Part shown: piece after piece, positions 1 to 11,497 of the stretch | Layout: each line of letters starts with the position of its first letter | Numbering within the stretch: position 1 is the first letter of the stretch | Assembly (NCBI RefSeq): GCF_006345805.1 | Contig: NC_042998.1 | Span: 198,152,001-198,216,000, forward strand | DNA from: Octopus sinensis | Taxonomy: Eukaryota | Direction of reading: 5' to 3' | DNA: 64,000 nucleotides | The notes under the pieces: generated by a model | Databases searched by the model: none | What the model was told of the DNA's origin: nothing | The model's input: the letters and a program-made list of their open reading frames with translations, nothing else | Made by a program: the position numbers and the translations under genes

Positions 1-788
1 GCCGACCAATGACGTGAGTGGATTTGGTAGACGGAAACTGAAAGAAGCCCATCATAGGCGCAGGAGTGGCTGTGTGGTAAGTAGCTTGCTAACCAACCAC
101 ATGGTTCTGGGTTCAGTCCCACTGCGTGGCATCTTGGGCAAGTGTCTTCTGCTATAGCCTCGGGCCGACCAAAGCCTTGTGAGTGGATTTGGTAGACGGA
201 AACTGAAAGAAGCCCATCATAGGCGCAGGAGTGGCTGTGTGGTAAGTAGCTTGCTAACCAACCACATGGTTCCGGGTTCAGTCCCACTGCGTGGCATCTT
301 GGGCAAGTGTCTTCTGCTATAGCCCCGGGCCGACCAATGCCTTGTGAGTGGATTTGGTAGACGGAAACTGAAAGAAGCCCATCATAGGCGCAGGAGTGGC
401 TGTGTGGTAAGTAGCTTGCTAACCAACCACATGGTTCTGGGTTCAGTCCCACTGCGTGGCATCTTGGGCAAGTGTCTTCTGCTATAGCCTCGGGCCGACC
501 AAAGCCTTGTGAGTGGATTTGGTAGACGGAAACTGGAAGAAGCCTGTCGTATATATGTATGTGTGTGTATATGTCTGTGTGTCTGTGTTTGTCCCTCTAG
601 CATTAGCATTGCTTGACAACCGATGCTGGTGTGTTTACGTCCCTGTCACTTAGCGGTTCGGCAACAGAGACCGATAGAATAAGTACTGGGCTTACAAAGA
701 ATAAGTCCCGGGGTCGATTTGCTCGACTAAAGGCAGTGCTCCAGCATGGCCACACAAATGACTGAAACAAGTAAAGAGTAAAAGAGTA
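1..788 (+). mobile_element. SINE-A: tandem 165-bp 5' modules (starts 57, 222, 387, plus a partial copy at 1-56) ending in one complete element
   Basis: tRNA-like head GGCGCAGGAGTGGCTGTGTGG...GGTTCAGTCCC (A/B-box-like) recurs every 165 bp. The last copy continues through the internal TA/TG microsatellite and the 3' body to a GTAAA(A)GA tail. Confidence 0.9.
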
Positions 789-907
789 ACCACCTTAATT
801 TTGTTGGAAAATAAATTGTTGGTGATGGTCCCCCATAGTGAAATAGTTCTGGTCCCAGAATAATGACACACAGACAAACAGTTACATAGTTACCTATATA
901 TATAGCT

Positions 908-1631
908 ATGGTGCGAACAAAACACATCGCTAAAATTGCTAAGAAGGCTGAGGGTGCCTTGGCATCACTCATCAAGTCCTTTGTGAGCCGCTCTCTGGCT
1001 ATCTATCTGCGGCTTTATATAGCTATGGTGCAACCTCACCTGGAATTTGCATCACCTGTCTGGAACCCCTATCTTGCCCAGGATATTAATTGTCTGGTAG
1101 CCATTCAGCGACGTGCAACCAAGAGAATACCCTCCTCCAGGCATTTGCCATATCCTGAACGCCTTACTTCCCTGGGCATGGACACATTGAAACTCCGACG
1201 TCTGGCAGCTGACTTGGCAGACACCCATAAGATTATTAACCATCTTACAAACAATAACTCTGAGCACCTTTTCAAACTCCACCTGTCTAACACCCGTGGG
1301 CATGTTTACAAAGTCAGTAAACAGCACAGCTCCCATGACTTTCGGAAACATTTTTTCATGCTAAGAGTTGCTGAAGCATAGAACAAACTGCCGGCATCAG
1401 TTGTTAGTTGTCGGAGCACTGCATCCTTCAAAACTTCCATGCTTCCTGAGATTCGCCAACACTACACCTGATTTTCTCCCCTCCATACACACAAGCAAGC
1501 ATGTATCTGACTCATACACTGTTCACTTCCCAGACATTTGTACATTACTGCATGTACTTTATATGCACTTTTGACAAGTTGTGGTGCATCTGAGCACTGT
1601 ATACAATAATTTCATTATTATTATTATTATA
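908..1631 (+). mobile_element. CR1/L2-type non-LTR retrotransposon, 5'-truncated: ORF2 C-terminus with premature stop, 3' UTR and (TTA)n tail
   Basis: Translation LYIAMVQPHLEFASPVWNPY...IQRRATKRIP...YPERL..LG..TL..RRL..DL...HKI...TRGH..K...RKHFF..RV...NKLP matches the post-RT region of CR1/L2 ORF2. Confidence 0.85.
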
Positions 1632-1969
1632 ACACCTGTGGACATGTTTACAAAGTCAGTAAACAGCACAGCTCCCATGACTTTCGGAAACATTTTTTCA
1701 CGCTAAGAGTTGCTGAAGCATGGAACAGACTGCCGGCATCAGTTGTTAGTTGTTGGAGCACTGCATCCTTCAAAACTTCCATGCTTCCTGAGATTCGCCA
1801 ACACTACACCTGATTTTCTCCCCTCCATACACACAAGCAAGCATGTATCTGACTCATACACTGTTCACTTCCCAGACATTTGTACATTACTGCATATACT
1901 TTATACGCACTTTTGACAAGTTGTGGTGCACCTGAGCACTGTATACAATAATTTCATTATTATTATTAT
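1632..1969 (+). mobile_element. Second, shorter 3' copy of the same CR1/L2-type LINE in direct tandem
   Basis: Near-identical to about 1290-1631, including the tail. Has TGG where the first copy has TAG. Confidence 0.85.
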
Positions 1970-3116
1970 ATAGTGAAACAGTGATGTTGTGGTGGTTGTG
2001 TCTATGATGGTGACACTGTCTAGTTATGGCATGAGGTGGTAGTGTGTGGCAGTGTATGATGGTGCTAGAGCTGGAATGGAGTAGTGGTACCCTATTATGA
2101 TGATGATGATAGGGGTGATAATGGTACTTGTTGTTGCTATCGCAGTTTAAACCCAAATCAATCCCAATAGAACAAACTCTTGGCTGAAGTCATTCCAGCC
2201 ATGGCCATTCTGTCTTTTTTTGGAGTTTTCACCATTACACTCTTTAATGTAGAAGCTCTTTGAAGTTGGCGGTACATATTAATGAGAGTGGTGGTTTCAG
2301 TGGTAAAGGGTGATGTATGTAGTTATGGTGTATAGTGGTAGAGGAGATGATGGTAAATGCTGTGAGAAATAAAAAGAAAAATCCATCAGAGAAAGACAAC
2401 AACAATTAAAACTTCCCTAATGAAGTCCAATAAGACTCAAACATCCCCAGAATTATCCTTCTACTTACGAAACACTCACATACACACATTCCCCACTACA
2501 TGTCCCCCTTCAGTTTTTAATCAATTCTGATTTCAGATTTGTCTTATTTGCATTTTGTGAAACTTATCAATATGACTAATGATTTCTGATGTAATTTAGT
2601 TAATTAAATATTTTCTTTAGTTTACTACATTAAGCATGTTAGCCACCATTTAGTATTAAATAACTGAATTGTCATAGAAATAAAATATAACAAAACAACT
2701 ACATAGAAAAATTACTGATCTCTGAAGAGAAACGGTAATGATAATAGTGGTGATGATGATGATGGGGGTGGTGTAAGTTATTGAGGGAAGAGATGGTATA
2801 GGGCCAAAAGCTTTATTTGATCCTTGGTAACATTCATTGGTTTCACAGTTTCAATAGTGTTGGGTATTATGATGGACAATAATAAGAGTTGTTCAAAACA
2901 TGAATGTTTAGACCCAGTAATTGCAGTGTGTGGTGGTAGTATTAGCAGCATATAGTGATAGTAATGGTGATATGTAGTAATGTTGGTGTACGGGTGCTGA
3001 TCCAGCCAAAAGAGTATTTTTAGTGGGAGATTGGCAATGGTTTGATTGGCAAAAGTTATTCAAATAATACCAATCCATATACTCTCGAAAATACATTCAT
3101 ATGCACACACCAAGCA

Positions 3117-3660
3117 CAACCTTCAAACATTGGGTCTCACCGAGGCAATGACTAGTGACCGAGACATTTGGAAGTATGCTGTGCGTGAGAAGACCCAGCA
3201 GGACAAGTGAGACCATAACCCGTGGCCTCTACCTGGGATGTAGCCAGTCCACTTATGCATGCCTTTCCTTCTTAGGATACAAAACTCTGCTTGCGAAGAC
3301 CTGTTGAGGCAAGTGAAATTGAAATCGATCAAAAATTAATGAAATTTGTAGTTGCGATACCAGTGCCGGTGGCACATAAAAGAACCATCCGAACATGGCC
3401 GTTGCCAGTGCCGCTTCGACTGGCCTCCGTGCTGGTGGCACTTAAAAAGCACCAACCAATCATGGTCGTTGCCAGCCTCCTCTGGCACGTAAAAAGCATC
3501 CACTACACTCTCAGAGTGGTTGGCGTTAGGAAGGGCATCCAGCTGTAGAAACACTGCCAGATCAGACTGGAGCCTGGTGCAGCCTCCTGGCTTCCCAGAC
3601 CCCGGTTGAACCGTCCAACCCATGCTAGCATGGAAGACGAACATTAAAGATGATGATGAT
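3117..3660 (+). mobile_element. RTE-type LINE 3' end (ORF C-terminus 3121-3210 plus 3' UTR, family C) with (GAT)n tail
   Basis: 3121-3210 reads LQTLGLTEAMTSDRDIWKYAVREKTQQDK*, like the RTE terminal L..LGL...M..DR..W motif. It continues into the family C body GGCGTTAGGAAGGGCATCCAGCTGTAG...GATGATGAT. Confidence 0.7.
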
Positions 3661-3900
3661 ACACACATATGTGTAAGTGTGTGTGTGTGTGTGTGTGTGT
3701 GTAACCACATAGTTTTCGGTTCAGTTCCACTGCACAGCAAGTTGGGCAAGAGTCTTCTACAGGACTGATTAATGTCTTGTGAGTGAATATAGCAGATGGA
3801 AACTATGGGGAAGCCTTTCATAGGTGTATATGTGTATGTACATGTGAGTGCATGTATGTGTGTGTTTGTGTCTGAATTTTCCCCACTAAAAAAAAAAAGG

Positions 3901-4119
3901 TTCAAGCGAGGTCATTGCCAGTACCGCCTGACTGGCCTCCATGCCGGTGGTACATAAAAAGCATCCACTACACTCTCGGAGTGGTTGGCGTTAGGAAGGG
4001 CATCCAGCTGTAGAAACATTGCCAAATCAAGATTGGAGCCTGGTGCAGCCATCTGGTTTGCCAGCCCTCAATCATTCGTCCAACCCATGCTAGCATGGAA
4101 AACGGATGTTAAACGATGA
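3901..4119 (+). mobile_element. Family C (RTE 3' UTR) truncated copy
   Basis: Contains GGCGTTAGGAAGGGCATCCAGCTGTAGAAAC...CCCATGCTAGCATGG...GTTAAACGATG. Confidence 0.85.
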
Positions 4120-4361
4120 ACGACCACCACCACTTGACAACTAGTGTTGGCTCATTTATATTCCCTGGCTAGCAGTTTAGCAAAAGCAACTAATAGATTA
4201 AATAACAGATTTACAAAACAAGTACCGGAGTCAATGTGTTCAACTGAAACCCATTCAAGGCAATGACTCAAAATATTTGCAGTTCCAAACGAGAATAAGA
4301 TAAAAGATAAATATAGACACACAAACATGCACAAAGCATGCAAGAGAAATATAGAAATATA

Positions 4362-4790
4362 GGTGCAGGAGTGGTTGCTGTGGTAAGTAGCTTGCTAACC
4401 AACCACATGGTTCTGGGTTCAGTCCCACTGCGTGACACCTTGTGCAAGTGTCTTCTACTATAGCCTCAGGCTGACCAAAGCCTTGTGAGTGGATTTGGTA
4501 GACGGAAACTGAAAGAAGCCCGTCGTATAGTATATATATATATATATATATAATATATATATATATATATGTGCGTGTGTGTTTGTGTGTCTGTGTTTGT
4601 CCCCCTAGCACTGCTTGACAACCGATGCTGGTGTGTTTATGTCCCCGTCACTTAGCGGTTCGGCAAAAGAGACCGATTGAATAAGTACTGGGCTTGCAAA
4701 AGAATAAGTCCCGGGGTCGAGTTGCTCGATTAAAGGCGGTGCTCCAGCATGGCCGCAGTCAAAATGACTGAAAACAAGTAAAAAAAAAAA
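4362..4790 (+). mobile_element. SINE-A, full length, with 15-bp TSD
   Basis: Head, internal (TA)n and 3' body present. AGAGAAATATAGAAA occurs at 4343-4357 and 4791-4805. Confidence 0.9.
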
Positions 4791-5391
4791 AGAGAAATAT
4801 AGAAAGTGAGCAATATCCTTTGTATTATGTTTCAGTCTGTGTTTTTATGGCGAAACTCAATGCCAAGTTATTCAGTGAAAAAGACTGAAGCTGGCAGTGA
4901 ATTATGTCATGCCTACGAACAAAACAGCAATACAGTATTGATAGATTATTGATATCAGCAAATCTACCAGAAAGTATTTAGGACAGTCGACACAACTTTC
5001 ACATACACAATATCCAGTAAAATGGTTAACAAAGAAATAAATAAACAAAGAGATGAGAGATCAAGGGAAGCAGAAGACGACCTAGCGGCTCCACGATTTT
5101 AATAAAATAACGTCAATGAGATAAAAGAGACGAAGTTTTGAAGCTCTAAGGATGGGGGATAAAGAAAACTGAACTCTCTCTCTCTCCAGGTATCTGAACT
5201 AAAGTTATATCTAACTGTGTGATGCTTTGCGCAAGTGTCTTTCACTGTGGCCTTGTGAGTTAAATTAAGTAGATGGAAACTGCATGGAATCCCATTGTGT
5301 GTATATGTGTGTGTGTGTGCATATCAGAGTGTAAAAATGTGTGTGTGAATAGACACACATAAATACACACACATATATTCACACAATGACT

Positions 5392-5566
5392 GCACAGGAG
5401 TGGCTGTGTGGTAAGTAGCTTGTTTACCAACCACATGGTTCCGGGATCAGTCCCACTGCGTGGCACCTTGGACAAGTGTCTACTACTATAGCCTCGGGCC
5501 GACCAAAGCCTTGTGCCTTGTGAGTGGATTTGGTAGATGGAAACTGAAAGAAGCCTGTCGTATATG

Positions 5567-5605
<39 letters not shown>

Positions 5606-5808
5606 CTGTGTTTGTCCCCCTAGCATTGCTTGACAACCTATGCTGGTGTGTTTATGTCCCTGTTACTTAGCAGTTCGGCAAAAGAGACCGATAGAATAAG
5701 TACTGGGCTTGCAAAAGAATAAGTCCCGGGGTCGAGTTGCTCGATTAAAGGCGATGCTCCAGCATGGCCGCAGTCAAATGACTGAAACAAGTAAAAGAGT
5801 AAAAGAGA
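5392..5808 (+). mobile_element. SINE-A, full length
   Basis: Matches the other A copies; tail GTAAAAGAGTAAAAGAG. Confidence 0.9.
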
Positions 5809-5820
5809 TATATATTAAAA

Positions 5821-6191
5821 ATGGGGAAGACTGGTGTATGGGATTACCTTAGGTTTCCTGTCCATAAACAGTTTAGCTTTATGGCATATCGTCAGACCCG
5901 AAAACCTGTTGGCCTATGACCTTTTCAAAATATGGAGGGGGAAAAGGGTCACTACTCAAAGAGGTTCCTGCTAGATTTTGGAGCTCACAAGATGGCGGTG
6001 CAGCCAGAAGTCGATAGCCAATAGCAAAGGGAGATAATCCCCTATTGTTAACCTTGAGTAGAGAGGCTTTCTCACTCCATATTTTGAAGAGGTCATAGGC
6101 CAACATGTTTTCGCGTCTGACGATATGCCATACAGCTAAACCCTTTATGGATAGGAAACCTAAGGTAATCCCATAAACCAGCCTTCCCCAT
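5821..6191. mobile_element. Foldback MITE with about 117-bp terminal inverted repeats (TIRs)
   Basis: ATGGGGAAGACTGG...CAAAATATGGAG at the left end is the near-exact reverse complement of CTCCATATTTTG...CCAGCCTTCCCCAT at the right end. Confidence 0.8.
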
Positions 6192-6254
6192 TGCCTATAT
6201 ATACTGTTCTACATCTTAGAGTGTACTTCTCTGGATTTATGCTTTCTACAAACA

Positions 6255-6289
<35 letters not shown>

Positions 6290-7089
6290 TACATACATGT
6301 ATGCATGTGTGTGCCCATACATGCATAAATATATATTATCAACATCCATTAACATCTCTTTTCCATGCTGGCATGAGTCAGACAGGATCTGGTGAGCCAC
6401 AGAAATGCGTCATGCTCCATGTTTGGTTTGGCATGTTTCCATAGCTGGATTTCCCTTCCTTAACCCCAACCATTTTACAGTGTGTACAGGTGTTTTACAG
6501 GTGTTTAATCTCATGCCACTAGCACTAGTAGGTCTGTAAAGTAACTTGAAAGACAGAAAAGAACTAGAAAAAGGAAAATAAAAGGAACAGAAAAAGCCCT
6601 TTTGACAAAGTTAGGGGACTATTTGAGAAGGTGGAGTGGAGGAGAGGAGATTCTATGGCAGGGACAAATGGAGGTGTCTTGCTATGGATAAGATACATGG
6701 TTACCTTCAGGAAGCAAGGGATAATATGGGCAGCAGGTCAGGAAGGGATAATAACAGATGGTTAGATATTGGGGCCGAGGTGAATGTAGTGAGTGATGAT
6801 GACCAGTAGCAGAGGTGCAGCTTGATGGGAAGTATTAGAATGGACAGTGGGTAGGAGGAGAGATAGGAGTGGATCAGGGAAGGTAGTTCAGGGAGTAGGA
6901 GATGCTGAACACAGCATAGGAGTGGTGAGGAGGGAAATGTAAGGTTACATAAGGGGTAGTGATAGTGACTGGGTACAGTGGAAGACAAGAGAGGGCACTG
7001 GGAACAACTGCAGATATGCAAGGTGTTAAGATGAAGCATGGCAGTAGTCTTCTCTCTCCTAGACTACATCGGATTCCTCTTATGTATAA

Positions 7090-7590
7090 CTAGCAGTATC
7101 GCCCAGCATTACTCGGGTTTGTAAGGGAAATAACTATATAAGCATTTTTAGAGAGTTATAGCCAAAAAAGAGCACAAAAATGCATTAAAAATGGAAAAAA
7201 ATGATGGTAAATTTTTTTTTAAATCGTTGACTCATCGTAGACATTTTTAGAGAGTTACTTCCCTTATATAATAGCGAAAAAATGCATTAAAATGGAAAAA
7301 AATGATGGTAATTTTTTTTTTAAATCGTAGACTCATTGTAGACATTTTTAGAACGTTACTTCCCTTATATAATAGCGAAAAAATGCATTAAAATGGAAAA
7401 AAATGATGGTAAATTTTTTTTAAATCGTAGACTCATCGTAGACGCCCGCTAATACCCAGAAGGGCTCGATATGAATCACGACTATAAGATACCCGGTTTT
7501 GGTTAAACTGCACCGCAAAATGTGGGAGTAGTTAGGAATCTAAATCGTAGGAGACAGACAGACACACAACTTGATTTTTATATATAAAGA
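7090..7590 (-). mobile_element. Non-autonomous Helitron
   Basis: On the minus strand: 5' TC, 3' GC-rich hairpin then CTAG, inserted between A and T with no TSD. Homologous to 17395-17899. Confidence 0.8.
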
Positions 7591-7899
7591 TTTCTCTCTC
7601 TCCGTACATTAGCACTCTGTTGTACCTGCACACTAACATACAGGTATATGCAAACATACACACCTGGCTTAGTAGAAATGACAAAGTATCGGAACTAAAC
7701 ACGTGCAGCAGATGGTTACTCTTTCAAAGAGACTGAGAAAGCAAACATATTCGTGAAATCAGGAATACTATAAATTTTGTCATGATAAAACTTCTGTTGG
7801 ACCTAAGATCAAAAGATATAGAATAAAACTTGATTAAGTAATAAAAATAACCCATTCAGGAAACAAAAGAAAATATGGAGGAGATGTGGGGATGGGTGC

Positions 7900-8530
7900 A
7901 GACGTGGCTGTGTGGTAAGAAGTTTGCTTCCGAACCATAAGGCTCTGGGTTCAGTCCCACTGTGTTGTACCTTAAACAAATGTCATTTTTTATAGCCTCA
8001 AGCCAACCAAAGCTTTGTGAATAGATCTGGTAGATGGAAACTGAAAGAAGCTCATCGTATGTATATACATATATCTGTGTGTGTGTTTGTCCCCTACCTA
8101 TTTCTTTATTACCCACAAGGGGCTAAACACAGAGGGGACAAACAAGGACAGACATAGGTATTAAGTCAATTACATTGACCCAAGTGCGTAACTGGTACTT
8201 AATTTATCGACCGCGAAAGGATGAAAGGCAAAGTCGACCACAGTGGAATTTTAACTCAGAACGTAGCGGCAGACAAAATACCACTAAGCATTTCGCCCAG
8301 CGTGCTAACGTTTCTGCCAGCTCGCTGCCTTTTGTCCCCTACCACCATTTGACAACCGGTGTTGCTATGTTTACATCCTTATAACTTAATGGTTCAATAC
8401 AAGAGACCAACAGACTAAGTACCAGGCTTAAAAATAGATGAGAAATAGTGTCAATCTGTTTCACTAAAATTCCTCAAGGTGGTGCCCCAGCATGGCCACA
8501 GTCTAATGACTGACACAAGTGAAAGATAAA
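7900..8530 (+). mobile_element. Diverged SINE-A-like element interrupted by SINE-B
   Basis: A-type head at about 7900-8060; the 3' body resumes at 8331 after the nested element. Confidence 0.75.
8099..8330 (-). mobile_element. SINE-B nested in SINE-A, 13-bp TSD
   Basis: Minus-strand head GGCAGCGAGCTGGCAG and tail AAAGAAATAG. TTTGTCCCCTACC occurs at 8086-8098 and 8331-8343. Confidence 0.9.
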
Positions 8531-8873
8531 ATATAGCTTTTAAAATGTTTAATAGATTCAGCATGCATTTATGAAGATGTGAGCTGAAGGTGCTAGGGTA
8601 CCATCTGTATCGCTGTGGATGTGTGGTGGTTAAGAAGTTCTCTTTGTAGCTTCAGGTTCATCCACTGCAAAGCACCTTGGTTAGTGTCTGTCATATACCA
8701 TAGCTTTCAGTCAACCCAGACAGTGTAAGCGTAATTTGGTTGCTAGAAATAGTGTGGAGGATCATCAAAGCAACTCTTCCTGTCTGAAGATAAGTTACTT
8801 TTTTCCTCCCATCATTCAGAGAAATTCTAAAATTTTGAAACATAGGTCGTCCTTTTTTGTAATATATTATTAC

Positions 8874-9245
8874 GATGCGTCCGGAGGCCAGTCGATGCAG
8901 CACGGACGCATTGACTGGCCTCCATGCTGGTAGCATGTAACAAAAACCATCCGATCGTGGCCGTGCCAGATTTGCCTGGCCTGGCTTCCGTGCCGGTGGC
9001 ACATAAAAAACACCATCCGAGCGTGGCCGTTCGCCAGCCTCGTCTGGCACCTGTGTCGGTGGCACATAAAAAGCACCCACTACACTCACGGAGTGGTTGG
9101 CGTTAGGAAGGGCATCCAGCTGTAGAAACACCGCCAGATCTGACTGGCCTGGTGCAGCCTTCGGGCTTCCCAGACCCCAGTTGAACCGTCCAACCCATGC
9201 TAGCATGGAAAGCGGACGTTAAACGATGATGGTGATGATGATGAT
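8874..9245 (+). mobile_element. Family C (RTE 3' UTR) copy
   Basis: Repeated GGCAC(A/G)TAAAAA modules, conserved body and (GAT)n tail. Confidence 0.85.
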
Positions 9246-10207
9246 TATAAAAAGGTTCCAATCTCAATAAAGCCATTTTGTTGTGTCTCCTGGGCAATGT
9301 ATCTTAACAGTACTTGCTACAGAAATGATAAAATAAGATAAATTTTGAATGCCTTAAGAAGTGAGCTCTGATATTCTGACGGATCTTTTTGAGAAAAATT
9401 TTTTCTTAACAAATATTTCAGTTGTTTTTTGCCGGTAGTAGTTATTAATAGTTTCTTCAGATTTTTGTTTTTTTGTTTTTAAAATTGATTAAATAAGAAT
9501 ATAATCTTGTAACAAATAATCTCAGCTGAGTTTGAGAAGACTTGTGACATGGACATAGCCTTAGGTATTTTCATCTGTATTTCAGTAAAATCCACGTGTT
9601 GAAAATCTGCCTTGAAAATTTAATCTGATAAATTAATATTTGGAAATTTAAGAATTAGAAAATAGCCATTAATACAATTTAGAGGACAACACCAATTATG
9701 ACCATAAATATAGTTTAGTGGACATAACTGTTGTACTATTATGTCCATTAATGCAGATTAGAAGACATAATGGTTATAACTACTAACACTTTATTTTAAA
9801 ATATTATTAGTCTAAATCATAACAACAACAACAATTATGGTCATTAATATTAGAGGACATTATTATAATCACTAACACACTTAGCTGATATGAATATTAA
9901 TTTATGACATGTAAATTCAATTAATTCATGACATGTAAATTCAATATGATTTACACAACATAACTATTATGCCTACTAATATAGTTTAAATGATTTAACT
10001 TATTACAGGAGAATATTGTAGTTCGCTTGAAGCATTGTGTATTGTTTTTAAAGAATGAAAAGTTTTGAATGGTACAACAATGCCCTATAATACAAACAAT
10101 GGGCTATGTACCTGTTGTAATTTAGTCATCCATAGTCTAATATGATATTTAGGAATAATATTCCTTCTTCAGATATAGTCGCTGCTATAATCGGTTAGCA
10201 GCGACTC

Positions 10208-10480
10208 CATCATCATCATCATCTTCGTCGTTTAACGACCGTTTTCCATGCTAGCATGGGTTGGACGGTTCGACCGGGGTCTGGGAATCCAGAAGGCTAC
10301 ACCAGGTTCCAGTCTTATCTGGCAATGTTTCTACAGCTGGATGCCCTTCCTAACGCCAACCACTCCATGAGTGTAGTGGGTGCTTTTTACGTGCCACCAG
10401 CACAGGTGCCAGGGGAGGATGGCAATGGCCACGATCGGTTGGTGCTTTTTACATGCCACTGGCACAGGGATCACAACTGC
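10208..10480 (-). mobile_element. Family C copy
   Basis: Plus strand begins (CAT)n CGTTTAACG...CCATGCTAGCATGGG. Confidence 0.85.
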
Positions 10481-11120
10481 AATTTCCATTGTCTAAGAAT
10501 AACTGAAGAAGGAATTGTATTCTGAAATATCACAGGACTATGGATAACTAATTTATTATGCTTCAATAAATTTAATTTTGTCATCTATTATCATCATTTT
10601 GTTTTTAATGTTTTGCTTTGTATTAGTTCAATTTCTATATTTATAACTGCAGTTCTTTTTGTTTTTGTTTTCAAGTAAAATATCAAAGTGCTCAACACAC
10701 ATTCACAGAGTCTTGTGGAGCACAGCACACAGACATACACACACATGTGTAGGATTGTATAGTTAAGAAGTTCACTTCCAGGTCATGTGATTTTAGGCTC
10801 AGTCATACTTTGCAGCAATTTTGGCAAGTATCATAGTATAGCCATCAGCCAAACAAAGCCTTGAGAATGGATTTGGTAGATGTAAACCAACAGAATCCTG
10901 TTGTATGCATCTGTGTATGCTTATGTCCCTTGTGTTGGAAATGGTAATTAAGACACCTGTGCCAGGGTCACATAAAAAGTACCATCCAAACGTGGCAGAT
11001 GCCAGATAAAAATCAAAACTTAATGTGAAAAACAAGATAATAGGTATTAATCTCTAGCTGTCCCAGTTATACGTTACAGCTACAATATTCTTAACTGGAC
11101 TCTAAATGGAGTGATCAAAA

Positions 11121-11497
11121 TAGACAGGAAGATTTGTGCTCTCTGAGCACAAATCTTCCGTCAAGGTGACACCAATGTCCTCTCAACGATTAGTCAAAGA
11201 TGATTTTTACAATGAAAATATCTAAAATAAATTCGACTGTTCTCACAAGCAAGAATGCTAAAAATGAACCCAACCGCTCTCAAAAATTAAGTAAAAAAAA
11301 AAAACAGGAAAAATAATCCAGAATCTTTGTCCGTTACCGGATCAATCCCAAAATCTAATCAGTTTGCACCAGTCACGAGGCCAAACATCCCTGAAAGATT
11401 CATCTGAATTCATCCAGCAGTTCTTGAGATATCTTGTCCACGGACAAACAAACACGACTGAAAACAATACCTCTGCCTTCGCTAAGGCAGAGGTAAT
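11121..11497 (+). mobile_element. Possible Helentron-associated non-autonomous element (HINE/DINE-like)
   Basis: 5' hairpin AAGATTTGTGCTC-TCT-GAGCACAAATCTT (11129-11157) and 3' hairpin ACCTCTGCCTT-CGCT-AAGGCAGAGGT (11469-11494) preceded by GAAAACAAT. The family assignment rests on recalled architecture only. Confidence 0.45.

Noticed and set aside
6600-7040. Purine-rich segment with a 110-aa reverse ORF
   Set aside because: Low-complexity Leu/Ser/Pro composition; probably an old repeat 3' region, with no assignable motif.
8691-9206. Recurrent ORFs containing LQLDALPNANHS, or RQASFSFRLPNP / GQTQTHKH
   Set aside because: Antisense or off-frame readings of family C and SINE-A; not a gene family.
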